Of a stretch of 64,000 nucleotides of DNA, positions 1-12,994 are shown in pieces. This DNA comes from Octopus vulgaris (Eukaryota): positions 32,612,001 to 32,676,000 of the forward strand of contig OX597816.1 in NCBI GenBank assembly GCA_951406725.2. Direction: 5' to 3'. Below the pieces are notes generated by a model. That model did no database searches. It was not told the DNA's origin and saw only the letters and a list, made by a program, of their open reading frames with translations. Position 1 is the first letter of the stretch; each line of letters begins with the position of its first letter. A program made the translations under genes and the position numbers.

Positions 1-405
1 ATAATCGATCTTCTCCTCGTCATTGTCATAATGGTGATCAATTTAACAACTGTATACCTGACATTATAAGTATCTTGAAATTCCTCATTTCATGTGTTTA
101 ATCCTCACACATCTTTACTAAGCATAATTTGTATGATGAGGAAATAAGCTGAAAGTAATGGAGACTATATGTTTTAAGAAAAATACATGAATATTGTAAT
201 AATATACACGAATAAAATATATGATATTCACCTCTAACCTCTGACATGCAAAATCAGAATATTGAATGTGACGTAAAGTTTTATCGTTTACGAAATGCGC
301 GTACAGCAAGAATATGCTCAATTAATGGACTGAGTAAGCTCTGAAAGCATTCATATAGAAACCGAAAACACAAAAGAATATAAATAATTAATTATAAGAA
401 AGAAA

Positions 406-729
406 TCATGTCAAACACATGCAGCTGTACTTAATGCCAATCTGACAAAATTCAAGAAAGTCCATTAGTGTTTGTAAATGTCTAATCCGAAAATTATCTA
501 GACACCATCTGGGATTCTTTTCAATCCAATTTTGCCTGATTTGATCATCATCATATTTGTTTTCAGTAAGGATAGTGTTTGCTGAATGCTCGTTACCATT
601 TTTTTCAAGAAAATTTTCCTTCGGCTTGTGACGGCGGACAAACTGAAATAACCATTCAGCAAGTGTATTCTCGTCAAAATATTTGTCCTTCGCCGGAAAC
701 TCAGTCCAACTTCCAAGACATAATTGAAA
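406..729 (-). other. Start-less 107-codon open frame, candidate coding exon of an unidentified gene
   Basis: Minus-strand frame open from 729 to TGA at 408-406, reading FQLCLGSWTEFPAKDKYFDENTLAEWLFQFVRRHKPKENFLEKNGNEHSANTILTENKYDDDQIRQNWIEKNPRWCLDNFRIRHLQTLMDFLEFCQIGIKYSCMCLT*. It is not in the ORF track because it has no early start codon. Possible phase-0 acceptor ttatttcag before 642. No family recognised. Confidence 0.3.
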
Positions 730-1224
730 TTATTAAACAAAAATTTCAATGGGCACAGATATAGAACAATAAAAGTAGTTCGATTGAACTCGTGGAATAT
801 TTTGCACCAAAGGGCTGCAGATTTGTAAAATACTTCAATATGAATATTAACATAAATTATTCTGAATCTGCTACAGTTCCATAACTCAAAATGCATGAGG
901 AGAAATATGTTTGCGCGTTATTAACATCATAATCCGAAGGTATGAATGAAATAACAGGAGCATTTCATTAAATTCACGCAAAAGTGTTTAAATAGTTTTC
1001 TTCCTTTCTATTTCTTTCTCCTTTCCTTGTTTTTTCCCTTTCCTTTTTTCTCTTATTTATTCTTCTTTTGTTTTTGCCAGTTGTATAACCCAACGTTGAG
1101 GACTGATGAGTGGATGATAGTTGCTCTCGTTCATATTTCGGACTTGAATTTTTATAATTTTGAATTGTTCACTCTTCGTCGAAAAAGATAGTCTTGCAGT
1201 CGAAATACCGTTCAACCAATAACA

Positions 1225-1560
1225 TCGCACATTCAGCTGATGTTGCATGCTCCATTGACCAACAAATAGTCAATAAGGACGGCGAAAGCATAACCAACTG
1301 CAAGTCTCAAATGTACGAAATAGCCCGGTTTAGTAAAATGAAGAAAGTGAAGATATTGCCAATTACTTTTGGGACATTGGGAACAGTATCAGAAGGCATC
1401 AAATGCAATGTAAAGGAAATTTGAAAACACTGCCCTGTACATCTGTTACAAGTATAACTCTTTGGCAAGGCCAGTTAAAATAAGAAGGTATTAGATGAAA
1501 ATAACGGTTAGCATGGTACTGTAGGCTGGAATGGCTATGTATATAGCTCTGCATTATGTG
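1225..1560 (+). mobile_element. Decayed 3' fragment of a restriction-like-endonuclease non-LTR retrotransposon (R4/Dong-like)
   Basis: ORF 1194-1424 contains ADVACSIDQQIVNKDGE...YEIARFSKMKKVKILPITFGTLGTV, matching the RLE-domain pattern IDVxxPxD...KE.EK..KY..L..EI.R.W...V.PIVxGxLG. The same domain is seen better preserved at 14384-14728. Confidence 0.65.
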
Positions 1561-1879
1561 TTATTTTTTATGGCTTTAATACGAAATAGAACACTAAATT
1601 GTTAATATAAATCTGCCATGGTATTACTGTGAGATTATTATTGTTTCATCATTCAGTCTATGGCATCTATTATCATAACGATACAGAGAGTAGCTAACGT
1701 GGCAATTTATTGAGGTAATAATCGCACAACGAATGTTGTTGATAATCTTCTCTGCGTTGTTTAATAGTTGAAGTAGCGAGGTGAAAGATGTTGAACTATA
1801 CATTTGGTGACATACACAGTGGTGTAAAATTCCTGTTTTGAACATGTGGTGAACTATTTAAGCACCAGTGTTTCGAAGA

Positions 1880-2890
1880 CAGAATACTGCCAGTTATCAG
1901 TATCATTCGTGGTCTAATTTTTGCAGATCATACAGCACCAGATGCGACCTAATTTGGGGAGGCTCGGGAAATTCTAGTCCTGTTTTCTGCTGTAAAGACT
2001 CCGGTTTGACTATCAGCATAAAGAAGATAGAGTTAATGCACCAACTTGTCCTAACCTTAAAATACTTTGCAACAAATAGAGGCCCATTGTTCACAGTTTT
2101 CTGACACACCTATACAGGTTGATGGGAAAGACCTAAATTATGCGAAGTCATTTGCATATTGTGGTGGATAGTGAATTCGAGTGCATCCGTTGATGATGAA
2201 AGCGCCAACCATCTTTCTAAGGCTATGAACCCATTTGGGAATATCCGTCATCAACCCATGGATTGAAAGGGGGATACAACTTGACACAAAGTACAGATAT
2301 ATAAGGATGCCAATCTTACGACTCCCAGAATAACGGTTACCCTTCCACAAGGACTGTCTGAGGACAATCTGCGGTTAATCCCTAAAAGACAATGTTTCTA
2401 ATGCCGACATAATTAGCAAGTGTAATGTTGGTGGAATCGATAGCTTCCTTATGCAATCACAATTGCGCTGGTCTGACCATGTCGTCAGAATGATTGACGG
2501 AAGAATACCCAATGTGTCAATGTACAGCCAGCTTGTGAGTGGGTACAGGAATGTTGGTCGACCACGACTCAGATATAAGGACAAGCTGAAGAGTAACTTC
2601 ATAGAAATGAAAACTAGCTCACAACAAGTTTGAGTGAACAGCCTTGGAAAAAAACAAAATGGAGATTGTTGTGTGAAAATGATATTAGAAACGTTATTTC
2701 AACCAGCATTAACAAGCTTCAGGGTCAAAGGCAAAAGAGAAAAGTGACTGCAAATATACAACCTGCACTGATCTTTAAACCCCATACTTGCAGCATCTGT
2801 AGCTTCCTTTGCATATCGTTGGAGGGACTTGAATGTCACATCAGAGAAAAGAAGCAGTCGGTGTCTCATAGGTCGAAACCTACGGGAGAT
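1880..2890 (+). mobile_element. Decayed RTE-clade LINE, 3' part of ORF
   Basis: GLTISIKKIELMHQ (post-YADD region), then QLRWSDHVVRMIDGRIPNVSMYSQLVSGYRNVGRPRLRYKDKLK (RTE C-terminal signature RWxGHVxRM...GRP..RxKD) and a terminal C2H2-like finger CSICSFLCISLEGLECHIR. Frameshifted. Confidence 0.85.
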
Positions 2891-2934
2891 TCCTATAAAC
2901 ACAAACTCTCACACGCACACACGCATATATAGTC

Positions 2935-3080
2935 ACAATTTACAGAAAAACAAAAGACGAACACAAGTGTTTAAACAAAAAGCACGTTTGACGCTAGGGA
3001 AAGCGAGGAAGTTCTTTTACGTTTCGAGCTTACACTCTTCAACATGAAGAAATAAAAACTTGTGGATTTAGCGATCACTA
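2935..3080 (-). repeat. PLE pseudo-LTR-like short repeat with decayed hammerhead core
   Basis: Aligns by eye to 6930-7050 and 37262-37450 (TTTACgAAAAAcAAAAGACGAAgACA...CTTTTACGTTTCGAGCcTACgCTCTTC). The minus strand reads GAAGAG-TGTAAG-CTC-GAAACGTA. Abuts a (TATG)n/(TA)n tract. Confidence 0.6.
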
Positions 3081-3128
3081 CATACATGTATATACACACG
3101 TACGTACGTATGTATGTATGTATATAAC

Positions 3129-3184
<56 letters not shown>

Positions 3185-3470
3185 ACCGTGTGTGTATCGT
3201 TGGTGATCTTTTTGACGAAGAGCTCCGCTCGAATCAGTGAATCCTCCTTCATTCTTTCCTTTCCTGAGCAAGGTGATTTGAAGTGCACCACCAAAAGCCT
3301 AATCATGGCTGCACAAGACCAGGCTATACCAATTAAGTGATGTATAACACCAATAAAACTTCTGACACCAAGAAATGATATTTCTGGAAAGAAAGTGGAA
3401 ATTGTGACCTACGTGGGAATAGAAATACGAGTAAGATGATTTGGAAATATTTTCTCCCCGAACACATGCT

Positions 3471-3568
<98 letters not shown>

Positions 3569-4495
3569 TCGAAATTGTTTATGAATCTGAAACGATCTGT
3601 CTCTCCTTAATATAAATATATGAGGTAAAGCAATTTAACAATTACATACCTTATACTCAACCCGCTGGATATTTCGTCTCATATAATTGCCATATCTAGG
3701 ACATGCAATTTCTATTATTGATATATGAAAATTCCTTTTTAACCTAATTTACAACAATGTAACACTCCATGCAATAAATATGAAGTTTTAAATATTCAAA
3801 AGGAGAAGAAGAAAAGAAAATATCCATACCAATATAAGAAAGAAGATACAATAGAAACTAATTTACTTATTGATCTTGCGAAATAAAATCCAATAATATG
3901 TTACTAAATAGTGAGGCGTAATCGCATTGTTACAGACCAGGGGAATAGGGCTATTGGGATACATGTTTAGTGACTTTGCATTCGATATATTTCATGCGGA
4001 GACATAATTCCGATCTAGAATCACATATCTGAGCATAGGATCAGCACTCTTGCAATTAGCAGCACTGATTTAAGAACTTCGTTATCAGCCAAAAATTTTT
4101 TGAACATCATTTTTTGTCTTGCAAGAATTGTTCGTTTGATCAGTACAGTACATTATGTAGTTTAGCGCTTTACATATTTCCATGTCCCGATTACCTTCAT
4201 AACTAGGGTTTTGTATTATTGTGCAACTGTTGCTCCTCAACACAAACACGCTGAGGGTTTCTTTCAGTCTCATTAGTGATATATATATATATATATATTG
4301 ATCCTTCTGCGCGACAATCCATTATATAATGCGATAGTTAAATATCTTTCCCTCATGCAACATCATTATATATTTCACGTGAATACGATTTTAGTAGATG
4401 CCAGTCAAATTTCTTATCTTCTTCGCACACGTGGTGCAATCTGTTTCATTGACTATTTAACCCCTCTCTCTTTCTCTCTCTCTTTCTCTCTCCCC

Positions 4496-4531
<36 letters not shown>

Positions 4532-4542
4532 GAATACACACT

Positions 4543-4578
<36 letters not shown>

Positions 4579-4599
4579 ATATGCTTTCTCACCATGAAC

Positions 4600-6650
4600 A
4601 TTAGTGCTTCAACATGCAATGCGAAAATATATATGGACGGGCGAATGCAAAAAGGCTTGCTCACAAGGGAAAAGGAATATAGCACCACCAATTCTTAAGA
4701 GTATCGGCTGACAATGTCATAGTCTGACCAACATATTTTCTCGGAATGTGATCAAATGGATTTATCTTTTAAGGCATTTCCACTTGTAAAACACACATTT
4801 AATCCATCGTTACTACTTGTCATCAACTGTAGGAATGACTTTATAATCACTACGATATTTGTTCTCAGTCAAGTGTATAATCATAACGTTAGGGAATGGA
4901 TGATAGTCTGATGTGACCAAATAAAGAGAATTGTAGTGGTTGATCGAACAGTTATAAACACCAGTGACAAACATCTCATTTAATCTAAGGACGTGCAAGC
5001 TGGAGTGCTGTCTCAATGAAGCAGAGACTTTCGCAACTGCCTCAGAATGTTGGCACAGTGCTCTCCATTTCTGGCGTGGACCTTTTAACGATAGTTAATA
5101 AACACAATTCATTTTGCATATCATAATTTTGAGGCCATCACCTTCACTACAGAGGAGGCAACATTAGCCTATTTAGGAGCAGATCAGATGGGATATTTCC
5201 ACGGAATAGATTGTACCTTTGTACCTGATTGCAAGGGATGAACCCAAAACTGATCCTGTGTTACGAAGCGTGCAAGGAAGCCACAGGTGTCTGCCTGAAA
5301 CAATATCAGATTTTCCTGTCATGTGACCAGATTGCTGCCCTGTTCAGATGTCAAAAGACAAAGAACAGAAACCTTGGATTTGCTAAGTTTATTGTGAAAA
5401 ATATACTCAACTCTACCACAAAATATGCTAGCAGCATTAAATTTATAGTTAATGACATGTCACCCATTAGCATGTGGTTAACATGATCAATGATTTCCTT
5501 GGTGGTGGCAGTTTTAGTTAATCTTCAAGACCCTTTCCTTCCATTGCGAAATTCAACTTCCCACTTTTGCACTGGGGAGTCATCCGTAAGGTAGCAACCA
5601 AATCAGCATCAATGTCCTTAGAGGAAACACCGTTGTTTGCAGGTACATGATTATGGCACGAAGCAAAATTCTGTCCGTTTTCAAGTCAATCACTAATAAT
5701 AATCTTTGAAGTCTTCTTCGAAAAGTCAGATACTCGAATGAAACAATGCTGTTGTCAATATAATGGTGAGAAATTGGTAAATGCAAGATTTTACAGATCC
5801 TATGTAACACTTTTATAATCAACGTGTGAACTTCTCAGCCCACCATTGTACAGTGCACATTGTTCTGGAAGGACTTTGGGGACTCTGGCCAGGAAAGATT
5901 GCATTTTCTCCTCCCTACTGGAGCTGGATACTAGGTGGCCTCCAATAACCTTAATATGGGACGGAAAAGAAAATCGAGCAAGCAATGTGGAGCAACTTTG
6001 ACCGAATGTCCTGCCAAAATGCCTGTTCAGTTGGACATACGACAAGACCATTGCAAATATCCTCACGTGGAATGATCTACAAATGGTTATGTCAACTACA
6101 CTGCAGCTATAAGCACCAGAATTTCAGATTCCTAACGGAAACGACAACGCTGCTAGCAAAGGAAATATTATAAGCGTGCAAACTCAAACTAGGTGATGTA
6201 AGTGGACCTTAATGGCAGTCTCGTCATTCCTGAGGACGTAGGAGTGGCATCAGTTTTACCAGAAATGTTCTACTCTCCATAACCAAGCAAATAATCATCG
6301 TAATCGGTCTGCTATGAACCTGGGAATAATGATTCTATAATGTTCACCGCTTAAATTAAACCAGTTATTTTCTATTGAAGTCAAATGAATTAACAAAGCC
6401 AAAAAGAATATAAACAAGGCAGCTGACAAGATTTTGGAGTTTGTGGCTGACAAGTTACTGTAAGTGGAGCAATTTTCAGTTATTCCTTTCATGATAAGGT
6501 GAATCCTACAGGATAGGAAACGAAATGCTGGCTACTCTGAGATACATGCTGACAATATGAAAGGACTCCCAATATTCCAATGAATTAGAAGAGCTTGTTA
6601 AACCTCCCAGTTGTTCCTCCAGTTTCTGATATTTATTTTTATATAATTCA
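4600..6650 (-). mobile_element. Very decayed non-LTR retrotransposon remnant (clade uncertain)
   Basis: Scattered motif-like remnants on the minus strand: GF..MKGI..C, FGFVNSFD, DADLVA...MEGKGL, LHVL...GVYN...HYNSL. The region is richer in GC than its flanks and has many stops. Confidence 0.35.
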
Positions 6651-6720
6651 AACAAAACAATATCAGAAAATTTACAATACTGCAATGAGTACAATCAGGT
6701 ATTAGAAATTATGATGATGA

Positions 6721-6836
<116 letters not shown>

Positions 6837-6929
6837 GTAGGTAGGTAGGTAGATAGATAGGTATGAGCGCATAAGTATATATATACGTAAATGAATTATG
6901 TTTGTGTACAAAGGTATAGATAGATATAA

Positions 6930-7050
6930 AGGGAAAGTTTACGAAAATATACAAAAGACGAAGACAGGTAGTGGACAAACCAACAAATATATATTTGTAT
7001 AGCGCTCAGGAATGGAAAAATGTATTTTACGTTTCGATCCTACGCTCTTC
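6930..7050 (-). repeat. PLE pseudo-LTR-like short repeat (same family as 2935 and 37262)
   Basis: gggaaagtttacgaaaatatacaaaagacgaagacagg...ttttacgtttcgatcctacgctcttcg, downstream of the (TA)n(GA)n tract at 6723-6830. Confidence 0.6.
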
Positions 7051-8251
7051 GTATATATGCGCCCATTTTTAGATATGTGAATGTATTTATATTATACAGG
7101 TCATTTTTTGGCGTGTTCGTGTACACAAGTAAAATGTTAATCAATGTTTATGATGGAATATTACCTAATATAAATCCCTCGTGCGGTCAAAAGAATCTAA
7201 ATCCTTTTCTCTTTTTTTTAACTGATTACTTTATAGTTCTATTATTTTGCATTGCCTTCTGTTAATATATTTGCAATTAACACTACCACAGATTAATTCT
7301 ATCTTGACAAGTTACACACAATCACAAGTTGTCGTTATACTAACATTATCTAAAACCTTGCACTGTACAGTACTTGCTTTCCATCAGATTATTCCAGACA
7401 CTTTTAAGCTAAATATATTATTCATAATGCATCTTCATACTTCGTGTTTTTGTAACGTATTCTATGAGTAATACACCACACTTAGACGCTCTTCAAACAC
7501 AGACATACGTATTGTACATCGCACAAAATAAAATAAAAATACATTATCACCGCGTAAAGATTGCCATATATCTCTGCTTAGCATTTTAATATATCATTTT
7601 TCAAAACAAAAGTTACTTGACATTTCTTTTTATGCAATTGAATCAAAGTCAAATCAGGAAAATTTACATACTTCAGCCAGTATGAGCACATATTAAAAAT
7701 GAATTTTACGCCAAAGAATCATGTCAACTGAATGATATAATCTGTGAAATCAAATGACAGTTGGTGAAAATATTAATAAAATGGTACATTATTCCGCCGA
7801 TATTTTTTTTCGAGTACTACATTTCCAACTTAGTATATATAACAAGATGTCACACAATTGAACTTAACACATAACCGTGGTTACGAAACAAGCTTCTCAT
7901 CACGGATCGGTACAGCATATGAAGACAGCAGGCATGAAACGATCGTAGTGTGATATTAATTATATTTTTTTAATAATTTTGTTACATATGTAAATAATAT
8001 AAATTATTCATATGTATTGGCTTAAGTTTTTCATTGTTTGATTTGCCTAATAGTGGTTTTGTAACTATTTTAATATAATATATATATATACATATAAAGT
8101 GTGTAGGGCTGGATATGTCGTTACATGGTTCAAACAATGCCTATGTTTACGCACACACGCGGCCACACACACCACACCCACACACACATATATATATATA
8201 TATATACACATATCTATATATACATATATATATATACATACACACACACAT

Positions 8252-8308
<57 letters not shown>

Positions 8309-8325
8309 CGCGTGTGTACCATTGG

Positions 8326-8505
8326 CGATTTTTTCCTCTGTCTTCCCTTCTCTGTACCTTTCCTTCTCTTATGATTCCGACGAAGAGTTGGCTCGAAACG
8401 TTAAACCCTCCTTCGTTCCTTCTTTCCTGAGCGTCCAATAATGCTATATTTGTTCCACGTCCTCGCATTGTTGTGTTTTTTGTGCTTTCTTGTTTGGATT
8501 AACTA
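8326..8505 (+). repeat. PLE pseudo-LTR-like short repeat with decayed hammerhead core
   Basis: cCGACGA-A-GAG-TTGG-CTC-GAAACGTT near 8377-8402, which is CUGANGA with one mutation, a short stem II and GAAA. A related decayed copy lies at 3190-3290 (tTGACGAAGAGCTCCGCTCGAAtC). Lies between microsatellite tracts. Confidence 0.55.
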
Positions 8506-8537
8506 TAAATATACATACATACATATATATATATATA

Positions 8538-9802
8538 TCAGATCATCCCATAAGTTCTATCCGAATTTTGAATAAAGAAAACAAGTGATCAAATGTTACA
8601 TGTAATTGAAATGTAATCATTAATGAACTTTCCATGATCACATATGACTTCCTTCCATCTATTTACAGGCTTTTTAATACCATCAACTCTTTTGGTTCCA
8701 AAGCGAAGAACTCTGAAATGTCCGTTTCGACCTCGTCCTGGCTTGCGAAAGTTATGTCCCCTAAATGTTTCTGTAAACTACAAAATAAATGGTATTCTGA
8801 AGGAGCAAAGTCGGGACAATAAGATGGATGTGGATTTTATCCCATCCAAGCTCTTCGATCTTCTGTGACATGATCTTTGCAGTGACGGGTCCTCATAAAA
8901 CACTACTCCTTTTGGATTCACTAAAGCAGGTCTTTTTTTCTTCGAAGCTTGGTTCAAACGCTCTAATTGCTGACAAGACTTGAGCATTAATTGTTGCATT
9001 AGGTGGTAAAAATTCAAAGTGAATTCCTGCTTTGCAATCCCACCAGATAGAGAGAAGAACATTCTTACCATGTAGTTCCACTCTCGGTTGCGTTTGAGCT
9101 TTTTCCCTTTTACTAGCCACTGTTCACAACGTTTAACATTTCGATAGAAGATCCATTTTTCGTTGCCAGTTACAAATCTCCCCCAAAAGGGTGAAATGGT
9201 TTCACGAGAATGGATAGAAGGGCAGATATCAACTCGCAATTTGCAGTTCCTTTCGGAGAATTCATGAGGCACACATTTTCCAAGTTTACGAATATTTTCA
9301 AGTTCTTGAAAATGACGATGACCAGTTGTATGTTTTGAAGTAAGATTTATTGCTAATTCTTCAACTGATAATACAGGATTTTCTTCAAGTAATGCCTCAA
9401 GGAGCTTATCATGAAACCCAACTGAACGTCATGTTCGACCTTCATCTTCAAGGCTGAAATCTCTACTTCTGAATTTTGGAAACGATCATCTGCAAATTAT
9501 TTCATTTAAGCTCTCCTTCCCATAACCCGAGTGTATGCTTCGAGTTGCTTCGGCTGTGGAGTTTCCTTATGTGTACTCATAAAGCATTACGTGCCTCAAA
9601 TGCTCTTTGGATACTTCCACGTGAGAAAGAGTTTTAATCAAAGAAATATTAATTCTATTATTTTGTAAAATAATATATAATTTTTTAGATGTACATAAAT
9701 GCATAAGAAGAATTTATAATTCCATTAGACATTCTAAGATACGATTAAATTTCATTCAATTTTAAAAAGGGTAAAATCGAACAGATCGTATTAGATGACA
9801 TG

Positions 9803-9803
<1 letters not shown>
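8538..9803 (-). mobile_element. Full-span decayed mariner DNA transposon (transposase pseudogene)
   Basis: About 1.27 kb between TA runs. Motifs GKCVPHEF (WVPHEL), FVTGNEKWIFYRNVKR, LLSIWWD and CPDFAPSEYHLF (YSPDLAPSDY). Decayed TIRs at about 8538-8570 and 9774-9803. Confidence 0.92.
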
Positions 9804-9868
<65 letters not shown>

Positions 9869-11760
9869 GTGCATGAGTACGCATGATTTCGATGTGTCAT
9901 TTTAAACTGATATACTGAGTTTAATTTTGTATACACCGTTAATATCAACCAAGCATTAAACGTATTCTCTGTAACCAAATATCCACTTCCATTATCTGCA
10001 TACATTAAACGCTTGCGTTAAATATCATGTTCATTATTCTGTTATCTTACTCTTAATATTGACTGTGAAATAGATTTCCAGAAATACACACTAGCACACA
10101 GAAACATATACTGGGAAGCAAAATCTAATTTTATTACAAATATCAACTCCCTGTTCTGAACATTTCAGTAGAGGAGGGGATGTTTTTGTATTAAAATGCC
10201 CAGGAGACATCATAAATGACGATGGAGTTTGTCATCTTCTTGAAACTACTCTTGTATTACAGTGGTATAACGGGAATGTATTTATGACGGTTACTAATCA
10301 CCAACAACATTATATATTACACTAAAATTATATCATGTGGGAAATAGGATAATAAAACACAACTTCGTAGCGGGACTCTTCAAATGCATGAACAATATAT
10401 GTCGTAGTGTTTAAATCTAGCATCAGAGAATGCTCTTAGAACATTGGGAATGTGTGAAGTCACAGCTACATTTTTCACAGAGGTGATATCAAAAATGGTG
10501 ACAATAAAAAGTCAAATATAAAACATAAAAACAATAGTGCTAAGCTTTAAAATACGTTAAAACAGGAAGAAAAAGAAAGAGAAGTGACAATCCAATATTT
10601 TGAATTGGCGTCATCAAATTCTAGCACATCTAGCCCTGTAGCAATAAAGATATTGCATTTCAATAGAAATTGATTGAAAAATGGTTTAAAAAGATGAAGT
10701 GACTGGTAGTTTGTTTGCTGAATATTGCAATCGGCATTGCATATTTCCTTTTATATCTAAAATAAGATGTACATCAAAGGTACAGACATTTTTAACTAAT
10801 GGATAATATATTCGTGTCTCTAGCGGAATCATATAAAATAAAACTAAAATAATGGTGTTATTATATCTGAAATGTTGTAGTGAGTATTTTATATATACTA
10901 TTGTTATTGTTATCTTGCGAAAGGCATGGCATTCTTCAATATAATATTGATAAAATAGAGAAATGAGAATAAAGAGAGAACAGAAATATGTATCATATTC
11001 TTTATTGTCATATTGGGTATTACGCTGCAATTTTTGTTTCGTTATTTTGGTTTTCGTTTTCAAGTAAAGCATTTCTTTTAGGATGGGCTTACGGTGAATG
11101 AGACACAGGTATTGTATTATCTATTGTCCATTTTATTCATTCTCTATAATTTGAATATCGTATCGCTAGAAAAGATTTACAAAAGGTCAAAAAGAATCTG
11201 CATTTAGACATATACATATTTACTCATGCCTTCATGAACACTAACACATATAGAGAAAAAAAAAACTACAAATATTCCACGAATACACACACTCACATGC
11301 GCAGGTGCATACATTTATTATACACTTAAAGAACTTATCACATACAAAAAAAGAAACAATGAGCATTGACTGAACAGGAGTCTCAATGCATATTTAGTGC
11401 CAAATATATATTATAATTTTGTTGGCTGTAGACTTGGGCATTTCAGACAGTAAGTTCAGAACAAGTGAAGAGACCAGATACATATCGAAGAGGGGATGGG
11501 CATAGTTGATATTGAACCGGTTATTAAGTTAAAAAATGAAAGGTGTGAGAGCGAACATTGGTACTTGTCTGAGTGTATTGCAGCAGAGAATGTTTTGTAA
11601 TGATGGATGAAAGTGAAAGAATTCTGGATATTAGTATTTAAAAGCAGCTTCAGGTAAGTACAGGAAAACGATTGGCGTCGACAAATGCTGCAGTGTGGCG
11701 GATATATATTAGATTTCATGTGTATGTTTGTGTATAACGTACACACACACCTATGGACAC

Positions 11761-11928
<168 letters not shown>

Positions 11929-12080
11929 TTAAGTAGGTGAATGAATTATCGTATGTTTATCGTTAGCATGGAAAATTCGTTTAACCGAAACCTGGGTAGC
12001 AAATTCATGTCAGAAAACACGGTTGAAGCGACCTTTCAAGGTTAGAAACTCCGGGTTCATGTGTAGAAATTTGTGTGTTG

Positions 12081-12935
12081 TATATGAATAAATGAAAGAA
12101 TGGTGTCGACCGAAGATGTTAACAAAGTTCCTTTACTCTCGACACATGTTTCGAAGACAGCATATTTTCATTCCGAAGGAATAAAGGGTGCATTATGCAA
12201 TCTTCTCATCAGGAAAGAAAAGGAGCCTGTCTCAACAAGTCAAACAAAAATTTCGATGATTGCCTACATTGTAACCGAAGCGATAATGAGTGTATTTTTA
12301 ACAAATTCCGTTATAAGCATTGATGTCAAAAATGGATAGTAGGAGGAAGTAAAAATAGGTAGGGGACAGTATGTTTGCTGTATGTATGGACATGTGTGGG
12401 TGTCTGCTTGTGTTAATGAGTGCGTGTGTTTGTGTGTGTGTATGTATGTGTGTGTATATGACTGCATTTGTGTCTGTGTGTCTGATTGTGTGTGTGAGAG
12501 AGAGAGACATACGTCAAAGATATGTAGTAGTAAGGGAATATATAAAAAAAGTAATAGGTAGGGAAGGGGAAGAGTACGTTGATTGAAAGAATGTCCGGAG
12601 GCTTAGGAAAGAATTTCTCTATAGCAGTGGTGTGGATGTGAAGCTAATTGTTAAAACCACAGTGATTATGGTTATCATTTATATGAGTAGAAAGTGCGTT
12701 TCTGCCAATGTTTACATTTGTACGATTTTTCTATGAGTGTGCTTACTAGGGGAACCCTAGCGAAAAGAATATGGAATCATCGAAATTTTTGTGTGTCTTG
12801 TTGTTGAGAGAGGCTCCTTATCTTTCCTGATGAGAAGATTGCATAATGCACCCTTTATTCCTTCGGAATGAAAATATGCTATAAGTAAAGGAATGTTGTT
12901 AACATCTTCGTTCGATTCTTTCATTTATTCATATA
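12081..12935. mobile_element. Non-autonomous PLE-like element with inverted pseudo-LTRs
   Basis: 12081-12261 is the reverse complement of 12775-12935, sharing blocks such as CTTTCCTGATGAGAAGATTGCATAATGCACCCTTTATTCCTTCGGAATGAAAATATGCT. The right end runs into (TA)n. Confidence 0.8.
12129..12224 (-). ncRNA. Type I hammerhead ribozyme (minimal stem III, extended stem II)
   Basis: Minus strand: stem I UCCUUUUCUUUC / GAGAGUAAAGGA (12 positions, one U-U, one G-U); core CUGAUGA (12212-12206); stem II GAAGA..GCAUA...UAUGC..UCUUC with an internal AUUCC-UUC-GGAAU hairpin; GAAA (12152-12149); stem III ACA-UG-UGU; cleavage triplet GUC (12143-12141). Confidence 0.85.
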
Positions 12936-12994
12936 TATATATATATATATATATAAACTCATGTTTATGTTTAAACTCATATGTATGTGTATAT

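Noticed and set aside
1100-1200. Hammerhead starting at CTGATGA (about 1103)
   Set aside because: A hairpin follows, but GAAA is displaced from stem II by several nucleotides and stems I and III do not form convincingly.
11584-11660. Plus-strand exon ending at CAG|GTAAGT
   Set aside because: The donor is good, but the acceptor is weak and there is no recognisable peptide. Such sites are expected by chance in 64 kb.
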